Source: Octopus sinensis | Lineage: Eukaryota | NCBI RefSeq assembly: GCF_006345805.1 | Contig: NC_043004.1 | Coordinates: 78,120,001-78,184,000 of the forward strand | Direction: 5' to 3' | DNA length: 64,000 bases | In this document: positions 1-13,868 of the stretch, piece after piece | How positions within the stretch are numbered: the first letter of the stretch is position 1 | Layout of the letters: every line of letters begins with the position of its first letter | Notes under the pieces: model-generated | Database searches by the model: none | Told to the model about the DNA's origin: nothing | What the model saw: the letters and a program-made list of their open reading frames with translations, nothing else | Position numbers and translations under genes: made by a program

Positions 1-643
1 CTGTTTTTTATCTTTTACTTGTTTCAGTCACACTGTGGCCATGCTGGAACATCTGTATAGGAGAGAGCATTGTTAGAGGTGACAGCAGGAGCTAGGGGAA
101 AACATAATCAAACCATGTGGTACTTCAGAAGCGATAGTAAGGATCTGAGAGAACCCTGCCAGAGAACATTGCAATCTAACACGGAGCTTCTCCTAACCAG
201 AAAAATGAGGCAGATAAAGTTCAGAAGAGAGAAAAATAAAAATCTTACACCAGACACAAATGTTTTGATGATGCCAGTGACAATAGAATTATTTTTTGAA
301 ACTTCTGAAGAGCAAGAGACCACAGGTGGGTTACATAGGCACAAGAGCGACTGTGTGGTGAGAAGCTTGCTTCCCAACCACATGGTTCCAGGTTCTATCC
401 CACTGCATGGTACTTTGGGCAAGTGTCTTCTACTACAGCCTCAGGCTGACCAAAGCCTTGTGAGTGGATTTGGTAGATGGAAACTGAAAGAAGCCTGTCA
501 CATGTGTGTCTTTGTGTTTGTTTCTCACCACTGCTTGACAACCAGTGTTGGTGTGTTTACATCCCCATAACACAGCAGTTCAGCAAGAGACCAACAGTAT
601 AAGTATCAGGTTTTAAAAAAAAATTAATTCCTGAGTTCAATTC

Positions 644-1080
644 ATCATCATCATCATCATTTAGCATCCGCTTTCCATGCTAGCATGGGTTGGACGGGTC
701 AACTGGGGTCTGTGAAGCTGGAAGGCTTCGTCAGGCCCAGTTAGATCTGGCAGTGTTTCTACGGCTGGATGCCCTTCCTAACACCAACCACTCCGCGAGT
801 GTAGTGGGTGTTTTTTACGTGCCACCTGCACAGGTGCCAGACAGAGCTGGCAAACGGCCATGAACGGATGGTGCTTTTACGCGTCACCGGCACGGGGCCA
901 GGCGATGCTGGCAACGGACACGAACGGATGGTGCTTTTACGTGCCACCGACACGAGGCCAGACAGAGCTGGCAAACGGCCACGAACGGACGGTGCTTTTA
1001 CGTGTCACCGACACGGTTGCCAGACAGAGCTGGCAAATGGCCACGAACGGACGATGCTTTTACGTGTCACCGGCACTAAA
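644..1080 (-). mobile_element. RTE 3' UTR truncated copy with ~5 tandem units
   Basis: (TCA)n tail, GCTAGCATGGGTTGGACG, GGATGCCCTTCCTAA and repeated TTTTACGTGCCACC units. Confidence 0.8.
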
Positions 1081-1336
1081 AATTCTTTAAGGTGGTGCCC
1101 CAGCATGGCCACAGTCTAATGACTGAAACAAATAAAGGAATCTGAATCTCAAATTTCTAGTGAAGCTAATAAACGTTAAACAAGTCTTTCACTCAACATC
1201 TAACGAGGTTAAACTTAAAACGAAATAAAATAATCTGCTTCAACACTGGAAAAACATTGTTACAATCAACATCAAAAACTGGACAAAAAAAATATAGAAA
1301 GGTCATTGCAGTATAATTCTGCAATCACTACCAGCG

Positions 1337-1711
1337 TCGCCTAAAAGAGCACCATCCGAGCATGATCGTTGCCAGAGTGGCTATCTGGCCTCCGTGCCGG
1401 TGGCACGTAAAAGACACCATTCAAGCGTGATCGTTTCCAGCATCGCCTTACTGGCACCTGTGCCAGTGGCATGTGTAAAAAGATTCGAGCGAGGTCTTTG
1501 CCAGTACTGCCTGACTGGCGCCGTGCCGGTGGCACATAAAAGCACCCACTACACTCTCGGAGTGGTTGGCGTTAGGAAGGGCATCCAGCTGTAGAAACTC
1601 TGCCAGATCAAGATTGAAGCCTGGTGCAGCCATCTGGTTCGCCAGCCCTCAGTCATTCATCCAACCCATGCTAGCATGGAAAGCAGATATTAAAAGATGA
1701 TGATGATGATG
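1337..1711 (+). mobile_element. RTE 3' UTR truncated copy
   Basis: GTGCCGGTGGCAC units, GGAAGGGCATCCAGCTGTAGAAAC and (GAT)n tail. Confidence 0.8.
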
Positions 1712-2224
1712 ATTCTTTGTTTGTTACAAAGACCAATTATTATCAAACAGCAAAAGATAGAATGCACTTTTCTGAATACGAGTAAGCATGTAACAAGAGT
1801 TTAACATGGCTAAAGTTAGAAAGGTCCAGATGGTAATGAAGGACATGTAGGAAAACCTTGTTTCTTCAGGTTTAACTGGAGTTTCTAGCATTGATTCCAA
1901 AGCTGTCTGGTGGGTACAACAGAGCCTTAAAGGACAAGGCCGTCTCTCAGCAGAAAGGAAGGTTATTCGAGTGATACCTTACATAATGCTGTCAGTAAGA
2001 GAGAGAGAGGATGTCAGGAGATCCACCTCAAATCAAGCCTCGTCTTCCTGTTTCTTACCAAAGATAGCTCACCAACACATTACAATTTTATAAGTGTGTG
2101 TGTGTGTACATTATATGTATATATATTATATACATACCTAAATACGTAAAACAACATTATTATTCATAAGATATAATATTAGTGGTTGCAAGTATAAAAC
2201 CATATAAGTAAATTAATAACTACA

Positions 2225-2265
<41 letters not shown>

Positions 2266-2452
2266 TTTTATTATTTACTTGTTTCAGCCATTTGACTGCA
2301 GCCATGTGGGAGCACCACCTTTAGTCGAACAAATCGACCCCAGGACTTATTCTTTGTAAGCCTAGTACTTATTCTATCGGTCTCTTTTGCCGAACTGTTA
2401 AGTTACGAAGACGTTGACACATACCAGCATCAGTTGTCAAATGATGTTAGGG

Positions 2453-2483
<31 letters not shown>

Positions 2484-5400
2484 CGACAGGCTTCGTTCAG
2501 TTTCCATCTACCAAATCCACTCACGAGGTTATAGTAGAAGACACTTGCCCAAGGTTCCATGCAGTGGGACTGAACCCGGAACCATGTGGTTGGTAAGCAA
2601 GCTACTTACCACACAGCCATTAGGGTACTAAGAAGCACCAACTTTGCTAAAAATAGGAGTCATAAAAACCTCCATAGCCGCAATAGTCATCATTATAATG
2701 CCTGTAAAAATTTAGTTGTGATTACTGTGGCTTCAGAGTCTTTTATGACTCCTATTTTTAGTAAAGCTGGTGCTTCTTAGCACCCTAATTGTGTGCGTAT
2801 GTGTGTGCGTGTGTGTGTATGTGTGTGCGTGTGTGTGTGTAGGATTAAAGTTAAATTATAATTATTGTTTCATGCCATATTTCCTAATATTACCCGCTGT
2901 GACAAAAGTGCACATCCAAAGTAACCCATCATTTGATGGGTAACACTCAAGTCTTCAGATAATATATATTCAAAACATCACAGTGATTAACTGCAATTTG
3001 CATGGTTATCAAGAACCATGCAGATTGCAGTAAACCATTTGCGATTCCTTCATTAGCTGTAACTGCATATATTCTTAACATTACAGAGATCTTAGGATGA
3101 AGGCATCACAGGAAGCTCTCTAGATTATAGTGCCAGCTTTCTTCAAATTAGCCTAATACCTTATAATCTAATGTCTCCCATAACAAACTATATCTTGCCT
3201 CATTTGTTACGCCCCCTTGCTTTCAAGATTACCAATAGAAATAAACAGAGTTTGTTTTAACTGCATTTAGATGATATAAAACTAACATTTTCAGTACAGT
3301 CACATTGATTATTAAACAAATTTCTGAATGTATTCAATGGATCAGAGCAGCACTAAAAGGGCTCCACAGTTGGTCTTAAGTAAATATATTTCATGCATTT
3401 TGTGTTTCTACTCAGGGCCTAAAAGAGGTGGGGCAGGAATTCAACCAGTACACACACACACATGTATGTATGTATGATGGTGGATGGCCATAGATTAGTG
3501 ATTGTAAGATTGTGGTTTCGATCCCTGGACCGGATGATGTGTTGTGTTCTTAAGCAAAACATTCCATTTCATATTGCTCCAGCTGGCAAAATGAGTAATC
3601 TGGCAACGGTCTGGAGGGAGGGTAGAATCTGAGAAACTGCTCTACCTTGGAAAGGACCTTCAATCCTTGATATAGGTGGGTTGTCAAAGGAGATCCGAGG
3701 GTCACCCTAGGGATTGGCAAGGAATTACAGGGGCTCGATGATAGCCAAGGGGTTGAATAGGGATCGGCATGCAAAAGCCCAGCTCACCCAGATGAACTGT
3801 TTTAAATAATTAGTCAGCGCCATGAAACATGGAAAAACATAATACGTTTTTAACATTTTCTACCCATGAAAACAATTTCATAAAAATTGAAAGTTTAATA
3901 ATGTATACTCGGACACGTAGTTTTAAATATAATAAGTCTGTCGTCTTCAAGAGAATTTCTTAATTTGTCGTTCATGTATATTTTAGCTAACATTTTAATT
4001 GCCACCATCAGTACCTGGAATGCATTTAAGATATGGTAGGGTTGGGTAGAGTATTAAGATATTTTAAATGAGGAGGGTGGTCAATGCAGAAGGAGAAGTG
4101 GCTAAAGGGGGTCAATGTAGAGGGAGAAGTAGCTAAAAAGAGATGATGGCTGAAAAAGTTTGGTGGCCCCTGATATGGATAAAGTACAGTATATCGCCAA
4201 AGGTGACCAAGGACTTTGGCAATATACTGTGCTTGTGTAGACCTGTCAAACCAAGTGAGATCGCAGTCGTGGCTGATGCTGGCATCAGGTCATTGGTACC
4301 TGTGCTGGTGTCACATAAAAACACCCACTACACTCTCAGAGTGGTTGGCATTAGGAAGGGCATCCAGCCGTAGAAGCCTTGCCAAATCAGGTCAGAACCT
4401 GGCTTACCAGTTTTCAGTCAAACCATCCAACCCATGCCAGCATGGAAAGCAGACGTTAAATGATGATGTTGATTATGGTGATATATGGTTCTTTCAGTTT
4501 CTGTCAACCAAAATCCATTCATAACACTTTGATCAATATTTAGATTGTGTCCTTATTTTATTGCTGTTGTGGTTTTTTATCACAAATGCTCAGTTTGTAA
4601 ACAAATAAAAGAAATATATTAACTGCATTTGATGTTTTTAATGAGGCTTGTAAGGGGTGGTGAGGAAGTTTAGCTGGTACATTAGTTCAAACCCAGGGAG
4701 CAAAAGAGGGGCCCATGGATATCTAATGAGTTCCTAGACATAACTTTCAATGATAACTAAAAATCAGTATTAAACCCAAGCATGGCTGTGGGGTTAAGAA
4801 ATTTTTTTTTGCAACCACATGGTTTTTGAGTTCAATTCCACTTTGGGTAAGTCGAAGGTCAACCAAAGCCCTTATCTTGAAAATGCGCCTTGATCGTAAA
4901 CAAACATTGTCGTACAAGCAGGGATGTTCATTTGCATTCTACTATGCTGGTGCTACATACAAAGTGACCATTCTGGTGCCATGTGAAAAGGACCCGTGTT
5001 GGTTCCATGCATAAAGCACCCATGCTGGTGCCATGTAAAAAGCACTCAATACACTCTGTAAAATGGTTGGAGTTAGGAATGGCACCAGTCATAGAAACCA
5101 TGCAACCCAGTGCCGCTCTCTCCACCTTGCCAGCCCCCGTCAAACCATCCAACCCATGCCAGCATGGAAAACGGATGTTAAATGATGAAGATGATGAAGC
5201 AAACATGTTAGGCTATTGTGTAAATTGAAGGACTAAGGGAAATATCTTGCTTGGTATCAGGTAAGGATCAGCAACAGGGAGAGCATCCAGCTATAGAAAA
5301 TCTGCCTCAATAAATTTTGTCTGACCCATGAAAGCATTGAAAAGTTGACATCAAAGCAGCGGGCATTCAGTATTCAGCTGGAGTTAAATGAATTGACAAG

Positions 5401-7175
5401 ATGAAACTTTTAAATCTGTTAACACTTATAATTAAAGAAGGTATTTTGAGAACACTTATTTTAACATATTAATGAACCATTTGCTAAACATATCAACAGA
5501 ATTTAGGTTCAAACAAATCTTTAAAAAAAAAAGATATGTTTGTATACACCATCTTTCATTCATTTATTTTTTATTTATATTTTTAGGTTACATTTTATTT
5601 TATTTTATGCTATTTCTCACCAGTAATGGTGTAAAAATCAACAACACAAACTAAATACAATGGATAATGGGTGTTTTTAATATTATAAAGGAAAACAAAC
5701 CGAAAATAAAACACGTTAAAATGGAAATGCATTTACTAACAGATCCTATCTAATTACCATTGTGACTTCAAAGACTTTATGATTTGAAGTTGCATCAAAT
5801 CAAGCTTTTAGTTGTTGCTGTTGTTGTTCTTTCCCCATTGCTGAAACAACCATTTTAAATTCTTTCCAATTCCATCTTCAAAAATGAAATGTCTACTATC
5901 TCTGTTCTACATCTACACCATTACTTCTAATGTTAAACTACATTTTATAAACTGTTAGACTGTGGAGGTTGGTTGGTTAACTTTTAATGTCCTCTCCCAA
6001 TTCCATCATATAACAATAACTTGGTAGTCATTTTAAATTCTTTCCAATTCCAACAGCAGAAACCAAACCTCTGCTATCAGTAATTTACATCTTCGCCAAT
6101 ACAAATATTGCTAACTACATTTTACAAACTGTTCAACAGCACAAACTGTTTTATGGTTACATTTGTGATTCACAATGGCTTCTTCCTATTCCAACATAAA
6201 ATAATAATTTCATTTTATCTTACTATGTCAAACATTTGTTACAGAATTAATTCTGGAGAGAATTAATAGTTACACCAGCAAACATGTAACAGGCCAAAAC
6301 CAAATTCAAAGACAGGGTTTTCAGCAATATCACTATGGCTTTTAACCCTGTATCTGCCCAAAGCCTTTCCATAAGTTTGGCCTAACCATCCAATGCTTGT
6401 TCTCAGACTTTCAGTTAACCTGTGTTTCATACATTTTGAGTTAATATCAATCTTTCTATTCATGATTGAAAGAACTGGGAATGTGTATCATATATGATGC
6501 TTAGATGCCAGGGAAGTATGTCCTGTATATCGCATGTGATACACAGGACAGGCCCTAAGGACCACAGATATATTGCCGAAAAACTATGTCTTTGGATTTG
6601 GTTCTGCCAGTCATGTTTACTGCCAACAAAAACTGAGGGATATTATTTCCCCAAGAAAAATAAATGAAGAATAAAGACACAAACATAAAAAAGGGGTCAA
6701 AGAGGATTATGGATTTACCAAATTAGGTCACAATGGTAAAATGGTTGGCAGCAACAGCTGGAGGAAGAGGATGTCAGCAATTAAATTGACCTCAATATCT
6801 GACTGGCAAATATTTTATTGCCCCAGGGAGAGGTGAGAGGGCAAAACCAACTTCAATGGGATTTCATCTTAAAATACAGTTAGTTGTTGTGTAGCACTAA
6901 TATTTCTGTTTTGTAATAGAAGACAGTAAACTAATGGAGTCATTAAAACATTAAATAAAATGCCTTGTTTTGACTCTTTATGCTTTGAGTTCAAATCCCA
7001 CAAAGGTCAATTTTGCTTTTCAATGTCTTTTTTTGTTTTTTGTTTTTTTTCAGGCTGAATAAAGAACCATTTCAGGGAAATGGAATGGTGAAATGGTCAG
7101 AACATAGGAGATGATGTCTTGAGTATTCCAGCTCGGTATGTTCTGAGTTCAAATTCTCCAGCATTCTGGAGTCAC

Positions 7176-7790
7176 ATCATCATCATCATCGCTTAGCGTC
7201 GGTTTTCCATGCTAGCATGGGTTGGATGGTTCAACTGGGGTCTGTGAAGCCAGAAGGCTTCATCAGGCCCAGTCAGATCTGGCAGTGTTTCTACGGCTGG
7301 ATGCCCTTCCTAACGCCAACCACTCCGTGAGTGTAGTGGGTGCTTTTTACGTGCCACCCGCACAGGTGCCAGACAGAGCTGGCAAACGGCCATGAACGGA
7401 TGGTGCTTTTTATGTGCCACCGGCACGGGGGCCAGGTGAGGCTGGCAACGGACACGAACGGATGGTGCTTTTTACGTGCCACCAGCACGAGGCCAGTCGG
7501 GGTGGCGCTGGCAACGGTCACGAACGGATGGTTCTCTTACATGCCACCGGCACTGGTAACACATCTGCAATTTCCATTGATCGATTTCGATTCTGATCCT
7601 CACTTGCCTCAACAGGTCTTCACAAGTAGAGTTTTGTGTCCCAAGAAGGGAAGGTATGCATACGTAGGCTGGCTCCATCCCATGTAGAAGGCCACGGGTT
7701 ATGGACTCACTTGTCCTGCTGGGTCTTCTCGCGCACAGCACACTTCCAGAGGTCGAGGTCTCTAGTCATTCCCTCAGTGAGACCTAAAGG
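7176..7790 (-). mobile_element. 5'-truncated copy of the same RTE (ORF end + 3' UTR)
   Basis: Reverse complement of 7560-7790 aligns by eye with 55463-55720 (TTAGGTCTCAC...ATGACTAGAGACC...GAGAAGACCC...CTTGTGAAGACCTGTTGAGGCAAGTGAG); ends in an (ATC)n tail at ~7176. Confidence 0.85.
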
Positions 7791-8289
7791 GGAATGACAT
7801 TAACACAAATGTTGTTGTAAATCACCAGAATAGAATCCAGAGAGAGGAGAGAGAGAGAGAGAGAGAGAGAGGTACTGCTTATGACCCTCCAATGAACTTC
7901 CAAAACTAATGTGGTACCAGTTTATAAGAGTCCTACATAACCAGAAGGTGCAGGAGGATCTTCATAATAATGACTTCAAAGTATGGGACAAAACTAGCAA
8001 TTGGTGGGTGGGGGTAGCTGATTACATTGACCCTCAGTACTGTATTGGTGTATTATTTCATTGACCTCACCCTGCAAGAGGGTGACTGACAAAGATGACC
8101 TGAGTAGAATTTGAACTTGCAACATAAAGAACCAAAACAGATACTGATAAGCATCTTCAATCAACCCCGGTACTTGGTTGGTATTTTATTATTTCACTTA
8201 TCTCAGCAGCGAGATTAAACCCACATTAGCTGCAAGTCTGAAGTCCTAAAAAGACTTGGGTGTGGCTGGTGCAGTTATGGACAAGGGTG

Positions 8290-8780
8290 TTTGGTGCTGC
8301 TGATATCTGAGCAGGGCATCAAAGGTTAGGGTCTTTAGAGGTCTCTGGTCCTCCCTGTCCTGCTTTATAGTGGTGAGACTTGAACCCTTAGGAACCACCC
8401 AAAATACTTTGGCACCAGAATGTTTCACAAGATTATGGGTTACCTTTGGTCAGATTTTGTATCCGACCAACGACTCTACCCAGAAACTGGGATATGTTCT
8501 GTCACTTGTATGATTAGGGAGCACCTGCTCAGGTTTTTTGGCCATGTTCCTTGATTTTCTGAGTTAGACCCTGCTTAGCATGTTCTCTTTACAGTGGATT
8601 TGGCTGGGTTGATGGTTCATGTTGGTTGGCCACATGCCACATGGTCATGGCAGATGAAGAGGTATCTTGTGGAGATGGGGACTGACTGGGATTCGACTTG
8701 ATTGGTCAACCAGGAGAACCCAGGAACGACAAATGGTGAATGCAGTAAAGTGCTGCAATGGCGCATGCCCCCACTTTTGA
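8290..8780 (+). mobile_element. Decayed 3' fragment of a second RTE-like LINE family
   Basis: Manual translation across stops and frameshifts gives KVRVF..VLPVLLYSGET*TL..IMGYLWSDFVSDQRL..ETG..VTCMIREHLLRFFGHV..DPA, an RTE C-terminal pattern. Confidence 0.65.
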
Positions 8781-10262
8781 CATGACCCCTGAGAAAATGG
8801 AAGACAACTTCAGTTGAATTTGAATCCATGTATTCCTTGGCGTTAGGAAGGGCATCCAGCTGTAAAAACTCTGCCAGATCAAGATTGGAGCCTGGTGCAG
8901 CCATCTGGTTCACCAGCCCTCAGTCAAACCATCCAACCCATGCTAGCATGGAAAGCGGACGTTAAACGACAATGATGATGATGATGTATGTAGCAGTTGG
9001 GTCATCTGTATGCTGAGTTTGAAGGTCTTCCTCTCGGCACCCTTTACAGGACACAGTTCTGGTATTATTTTGTAGACTCATGAGAACTTGTATGTCCACG
9101 GTGCTCCCCCAACATACACACCTGACCACATATTATCAAAAGTTACGTCAACACTGACCACTTGCCATATTGTGCCATGAGGGTGACCACTAACCAAATA
9201 TCAATATTAGAAGCACAAACGTCCCCTGACAAAGAACCCTGTGTTCCTTGTTCATAAAAAAAACAAGACCAGCTTATGGTTAACTGTGTTATGTACAATT
9301 GGGGTTTGTTTTTGCAGTATCCTCTGGTTTAAAAATGATACATATGATGCCATTTGTCCTCTGCCTTCCAATGGAGAGGATTTCACTTAAAATATCTGCC
9401 AGGATTTCCATGCCTTCCTTGGTTGGAACAAGAAAACCCACCCACCTTCCATTGTCAAAGCAAATCACAGGTAAATTATACTCGTTTTCTTGTGCACTTC
9501 TATAGATGTGTGGTAGGTTGGTGCCTGCCTTGTGTACAAAATGTTGCACTGCTTTAGCTCTTTCAGCAAAACATATCATACTGAGAACTGTTTTCTTTAT
9601 GTATTTATTTTCCATTTTGCAAAGGATGGTTTTCCATTCTTCATATTTACATTTGACATAACATGTGTACAAATACTGTTGCTATTGTTGCTGTTGGCAA
9701 CATTTCTACTCAATACATTTAAATTTGAAGCTAAAACAAATTTTTACTTCTTTTTCTCATGCTTGCTATTATTAATATTCTGTGATGCAACTAAAATATT
9801 CTTTTTGTTTGTTTTCAGTTTACAAACTTTGCTATTTTCTCCAACTTCTGTTTTTCTTTCTTCTCGAGGGTGTGGCATAAAATATTTTAAACATTTTTTT
9901 ATAGATGAGTGCCATGAAAGAAAGAAAAAAAATCAACTTTGTTTAAAAATAAACCACAAACCTTATTTTCTTTTCTTTTGTCAAACTTTGTAGAGCAGGT
10001 GGGAGACTTTAGAAAGTAATCTGTGAATAGTTTCTTTGATACAGGTTTCTTTGATACATGCTGAGCTAAATGCTTAGAGGCATTTTGTCTTTATATTCTG
10101 AGTTCAAATTCCGCCAGAGTCGACTTTGCCTTCCCTCCTTTCGGGGTCAATAAAATGAGTACCTGTTGAGCACTAGGGTCAATACAATTAATTTAATACC
10201 CCCCCCCCCCCCGTCCTGAATTGCTGGCCTACTGTCAAAATTTGAAACCATTAAATTTTATA

Positions 10263-10662
10263 GGCGCCAGAGTGGCTGTGTGGTAAGTAGCTTGCTTACC
10301 AACCACATGGTTAAGGGTTCAGTCCCACTGTGTGGCACCTTGGGCAAGTGTCTTCTACTATAGCCTCGGGCCGACCAAAGCCTTGTGAGTGGATTTGGTA
10401 GACAGAAACTGAAAGAAACCTGTCATATATGTGTATATGTATATATATATATGTGTGTGTGTTTGTGTGTCTGTGTTTGTCCCCCCACCATCACTTGACA
10501 ACTGATTCTGGTGTGTTTACGTCCCTGTAACTTAGCAGCTCAGCAAAGGAGACTGATAGAATAAGTACTAGGCTTACAAAGAATAAGTCCTGGGGTCGAT
10601 TTGCTCAACTAAAGGCAGTGCTCCAGTATGGCCATAGTCAAATGAATTGAAATGAGTAAAAG
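10263..10662 (+). mobile_element. tRNA-derived CORE-like SINE (representative of >20 copies)
   Basis: A/B boxes (TGGCTGTGTGGTAA, GGTTCAGTCCC), CORE-like GCACCTTGGGCAAGTGTCTTCTACTATAGCC, (TA)/(TG)n and a conserved tail. Other copies at ~330-620, 2265-2625, 14690-15050, 16545-16910, 26200-26520, 30405-30790, 32620-33200, 37240-37400, 43630-44010, 44415-44800 and 56170-56345. Confidence 0.85.
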
Positions 10663-11167
10663 AGACAGTTTAAATTTAGATTACATAAAAACAGGAAGTT
10701 AATATCCTGAAATCAGAGACAGTCTTTGGTGGGTCAGTTCCAAAAGGGTTAAAGAGATGATCATTACCATATCGCAGTGCACAAAGACATCCACACACAA
10801 ACCTAAACACACTGACCAAAGTATTATACAGACAAGAAGGTAATATTTCAAATGCAGTACAGCTGTGTGTGTGTGTGTGTGTGTACAAATTCAAAGCTTC
10901 GAAGAGCAAAATAAAAGTTTGCTTAGATATGTTGCTGTTGCATTGACTTCAGTTTTAGCTCTCTGTTGAACACCAAGCACATGAGATGTCGACTGTGACC
11001 AGCCAAAATCTGGACGATGAAGAAGTTTAAAGCCAAATAAATGCAGCTAACTCTGCATTTTAACAATTTAAGTGTCTCTTTTTAACGTCTCAAAGTTTCT
11101 TTCATACAGGTTTAGCAACTGAGTGGGCATGTAACACAGGTGTAGCTGTGCAGTTTCCTTGATATTA

Positions 11168-11660
11168 TTATCATCATCATCGTTTAACGGCCGCTTTCCA
11201 TGCTAGCATGGGTTGGACGATTTTGACTGAGGGCTGGCGAATTAGATGGCCACACCAGGCTCCAATCTTGATCTGGCAGAGTTTCTACAGCTGGATGCCC
11301 TTCCTAACGCCAACCACTCCGAGAGTGGTTTTTTACGTGCCACCGGCACGGGGGCCAGTCAGGCGGTACTGGCAATGACCTCACTCGAATCTTTTTACAT
11401 GTGCCACCGGCACAGGTGCCAGTGAAGCGATGTTGGTAACAATCACGCTCAAATGGTGCCCTTTTACATGCCATGGGTACAGAAGCCAGTTGGCTGCTCT
11501 GGCAACGATCACGCTCGGATGTTGCTCTTGGCACCCAGCTAGCACAGGCATATAAGTGCCAGTAAGGCGACGCTAGTAACGATCCTACTCGAATAGCCGC
11601 TCTGTCAACAATCACACTCGTATGGTGCTCTTTGCATCCCGCTAGTACGGATGCTAGTCA
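11168..11660 (-). mobile_element. RTE 3' UTR truncated copy
   Basis: Same motifs in reverse. Further copies lie at ~4190-4470, 4940-5200, 8835-8985, 11908-12170, 24960-25210, 30890-31172, 37404-37590, 38010-38230, 46320-46640, 47970-48170 and 59350-59640. Confidence 0.8.
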
Positions 11661-13769
11661 TCGAATTGATTTTGATTTTTGATATAGGTTTAACAACTGG
11701 TAACACAGGTATGGCTGTGCAATTAGGAATTGTGCTTTCCAGCTGTATGGCTTAGAGTTATATTTATATATATATGCATGTGTGCACATGTGGCTTTGTG
11801 TTTTTCATCTTACTGCCTGACAGTGTTGGTTTGTTTACGTTCCGGTAACTTGGTGGGTTGGCAAAAGAGATTGACAAGAAAAAGTACCATTCATCATTCA
11901 TTCATCATTATCATTTAACATCTGTTTTCCATGCTGGCATGGGTTGGACGGTTTGACTGAGGACTGGTGAGCTGGAAGGCTGCACCAAGCTCCAATCTGA
12001 TCAGGCAAGGTTTCTACAGCTGGACGCCCTTCCTAACGCCAACCATTTTGAGAATGTAGTGGATGCATTTTATGTGCCACTGGCACAGGAGCCAGTCAGG
12101 TGGGACTGGCAATGACTGTGCTCAAATGATGCTTTTTACATACTACCAGCACAGGAGTCAGTCAGGAGGCACTGGCATTGACCAAAAAAAAGTACTGGGA
12201 TTGATTTGATCAGCTAAAGCCTTCAAAGCAGTGCCCCAGCATGGCCACAGTTCCATGACAGCAATCAGTAAAAGAATACCTGGTTGTACATCAACCAACT
12301 TCAGTGAAGAACAAATTCCAATGCCATCCATCACCAGTTGTTTATTTGTGTTGAAATAAAGAGAATCTTTTAATTGCCAACAAGAGACAAAGAGTTGTTT
12401 TAACTTTTTCCACATAAAACTATTTCAAACACCACCCCAAGGGTGTCTCTGGTCGAGTTATCAGAGTTCCATCCAACAATCAGAGAAGTTAATGGCTTTT
12501 AACTGTGTCACTTGGTGCTATGTTGTGACCATAGCCAAGACATTTTGTTTCAATGTACAAGTCCACCAAACTGGAAACAGATATTGCACAATAGTATAAT
12601 TCTCCATCGCAGGGGGGTGGCAGCACTGTTTGATTAATAAAGGATTCATTCACTTGCAGTGAAGGGGTCAGTAAAAGTATTTAATGAATCCACTGAAATC
12701 ATTACATATTCAAGATCAACACCAATCAGTGGGTAACTGAGGTTAGTGAAGAGATAGACGATTCTACCCTCAATTAACAGAGATCAACACCAATCCAGTG
12801 GATTATAAAAGTTGGTGAAGAGTCAGATAATTCTAGTTCCAATTGAATAAAACAGAAATAAAAGAAATGTGTAAACTACTTTCAGTAAAGCCTCGTTGTT
12901 TTATAGCCACTCTCTGTTGGCAAAAGTTGGACAGCTTGACAGGATCCAACAGGTTGGAGGAACACAGCTTTTACCAAAGTCTCAGTTTTGGCATGATTTC
13001 TATAACACCAACCACTTTACAGTGTACTAGGTACGTTTTTCATGGTACCAGCATTAATACAGCCACAATGTACCTCACAAGACTAAGAAGGCTCCTCGCC
13101 TGAATGGGAGCTGAGAGAGAGAGAGAGAAAGGGAGAGTAAGAGAAAATTAGGTTAAGTGTCGAAAGGTTAAAGTATAATTGAAAGGCCAGAAAGAGGTTT
13201 GTTGTTTTAGAGGACATACATAGCTACCCCAAAGAATTATATATGGGTGGATGGGAGTAAATGGAGTGAAGCCAGAAAGAGAGATAAAGATGGTGATAAT
13301 GAGGGGTCATGGCATAATTTGAAGGTATAAGAACATGAATAGAAGGGAGTGTGGGTTCAGAAGATCAAGACCTGTGCAGGACACCCCCTGGTCTTCCTTT
13401 AAGACTAATGACTAATCAAGAGTATAAATCATAAACCCGTTTAATCTTTACTTTTATAACTTTGGTTCTGTGTTGCAAATATTTAATACCAAATGTATTC
13501 ACAGAACTTCAGCAATTTATACAGTTCTCAAAATAAGAATTTTCTTCTTCTGTGGTAATAAACAACATGTCCAATGTTATAGAATTTTCTAAACAAAAAG
13601 TGAAAACAAACACCTACATCTGTCGTACAACTTCATAATATCGAGTTTAGATATATTCTCTTCCAACAGAATCAGAATTCCTACGAAATTGTCAAGCTGT
13701 TTCAATTAATTCCAAGTTTCTCACATTTTGGTCATGTTCACACTCATGACTCATCTCCAGCGCTCTCAC

Positions 13770-13868
13770 CTTCTTCCATTTATTTTCTGGGTTTTTTCCC
13801 ACAGTTCCAATATTGATTTTACACTGAGCACCAACATCCATAAATTTCCAGGGACCTCTGTCCCTTGA
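13770..13868 (-). CDS. Candidate downstream exon (SRDRGPWKFMDVGAQCKINIGTVGKNPENKWKK, or read-through to ...NLELIETA*)
   Basis: Acceptor TTCCTCCCCTTTATATTAG, donor AAG|GTGAGA. 99 nt open in two phases; the link to upstream exons is not resolved. Confidence 0.35.

Noticed and set aside
70-570. 166-aa ORF and many similar 60-120-aa ORFs (VRSLLPNHMVPG..., PKVPCSGTEPG..., FLQLDALPNANHS...)
   Set aside because: The same peptides recur wherever the CORE-like SINE or RTE 3' UTR occurs; they are repeat translations.
810-1080. CRISPR-like array (palindromic repeat plus variable spacers), also at 1340-1560, 55710-56000 and 61440-61800
   Set aside because: The spacers are homologous to each other, the array is part of a LINE 3' UTR dispersed in many copies, there are no cas genes, and the DNA is eukaryotic.
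6263-6463. Possible terminal exon (...KSHSDIAENPVFEFGFGLL...)
   Set aside because: The acceptor lacks a pyrimidine tract and I recognise no homology.
9289-9672. 127-aa minus-strand ORF with protein-like composition
   Set aside because: No recognisable domain and no convincing flanking splice sites; kept out of the gene model.
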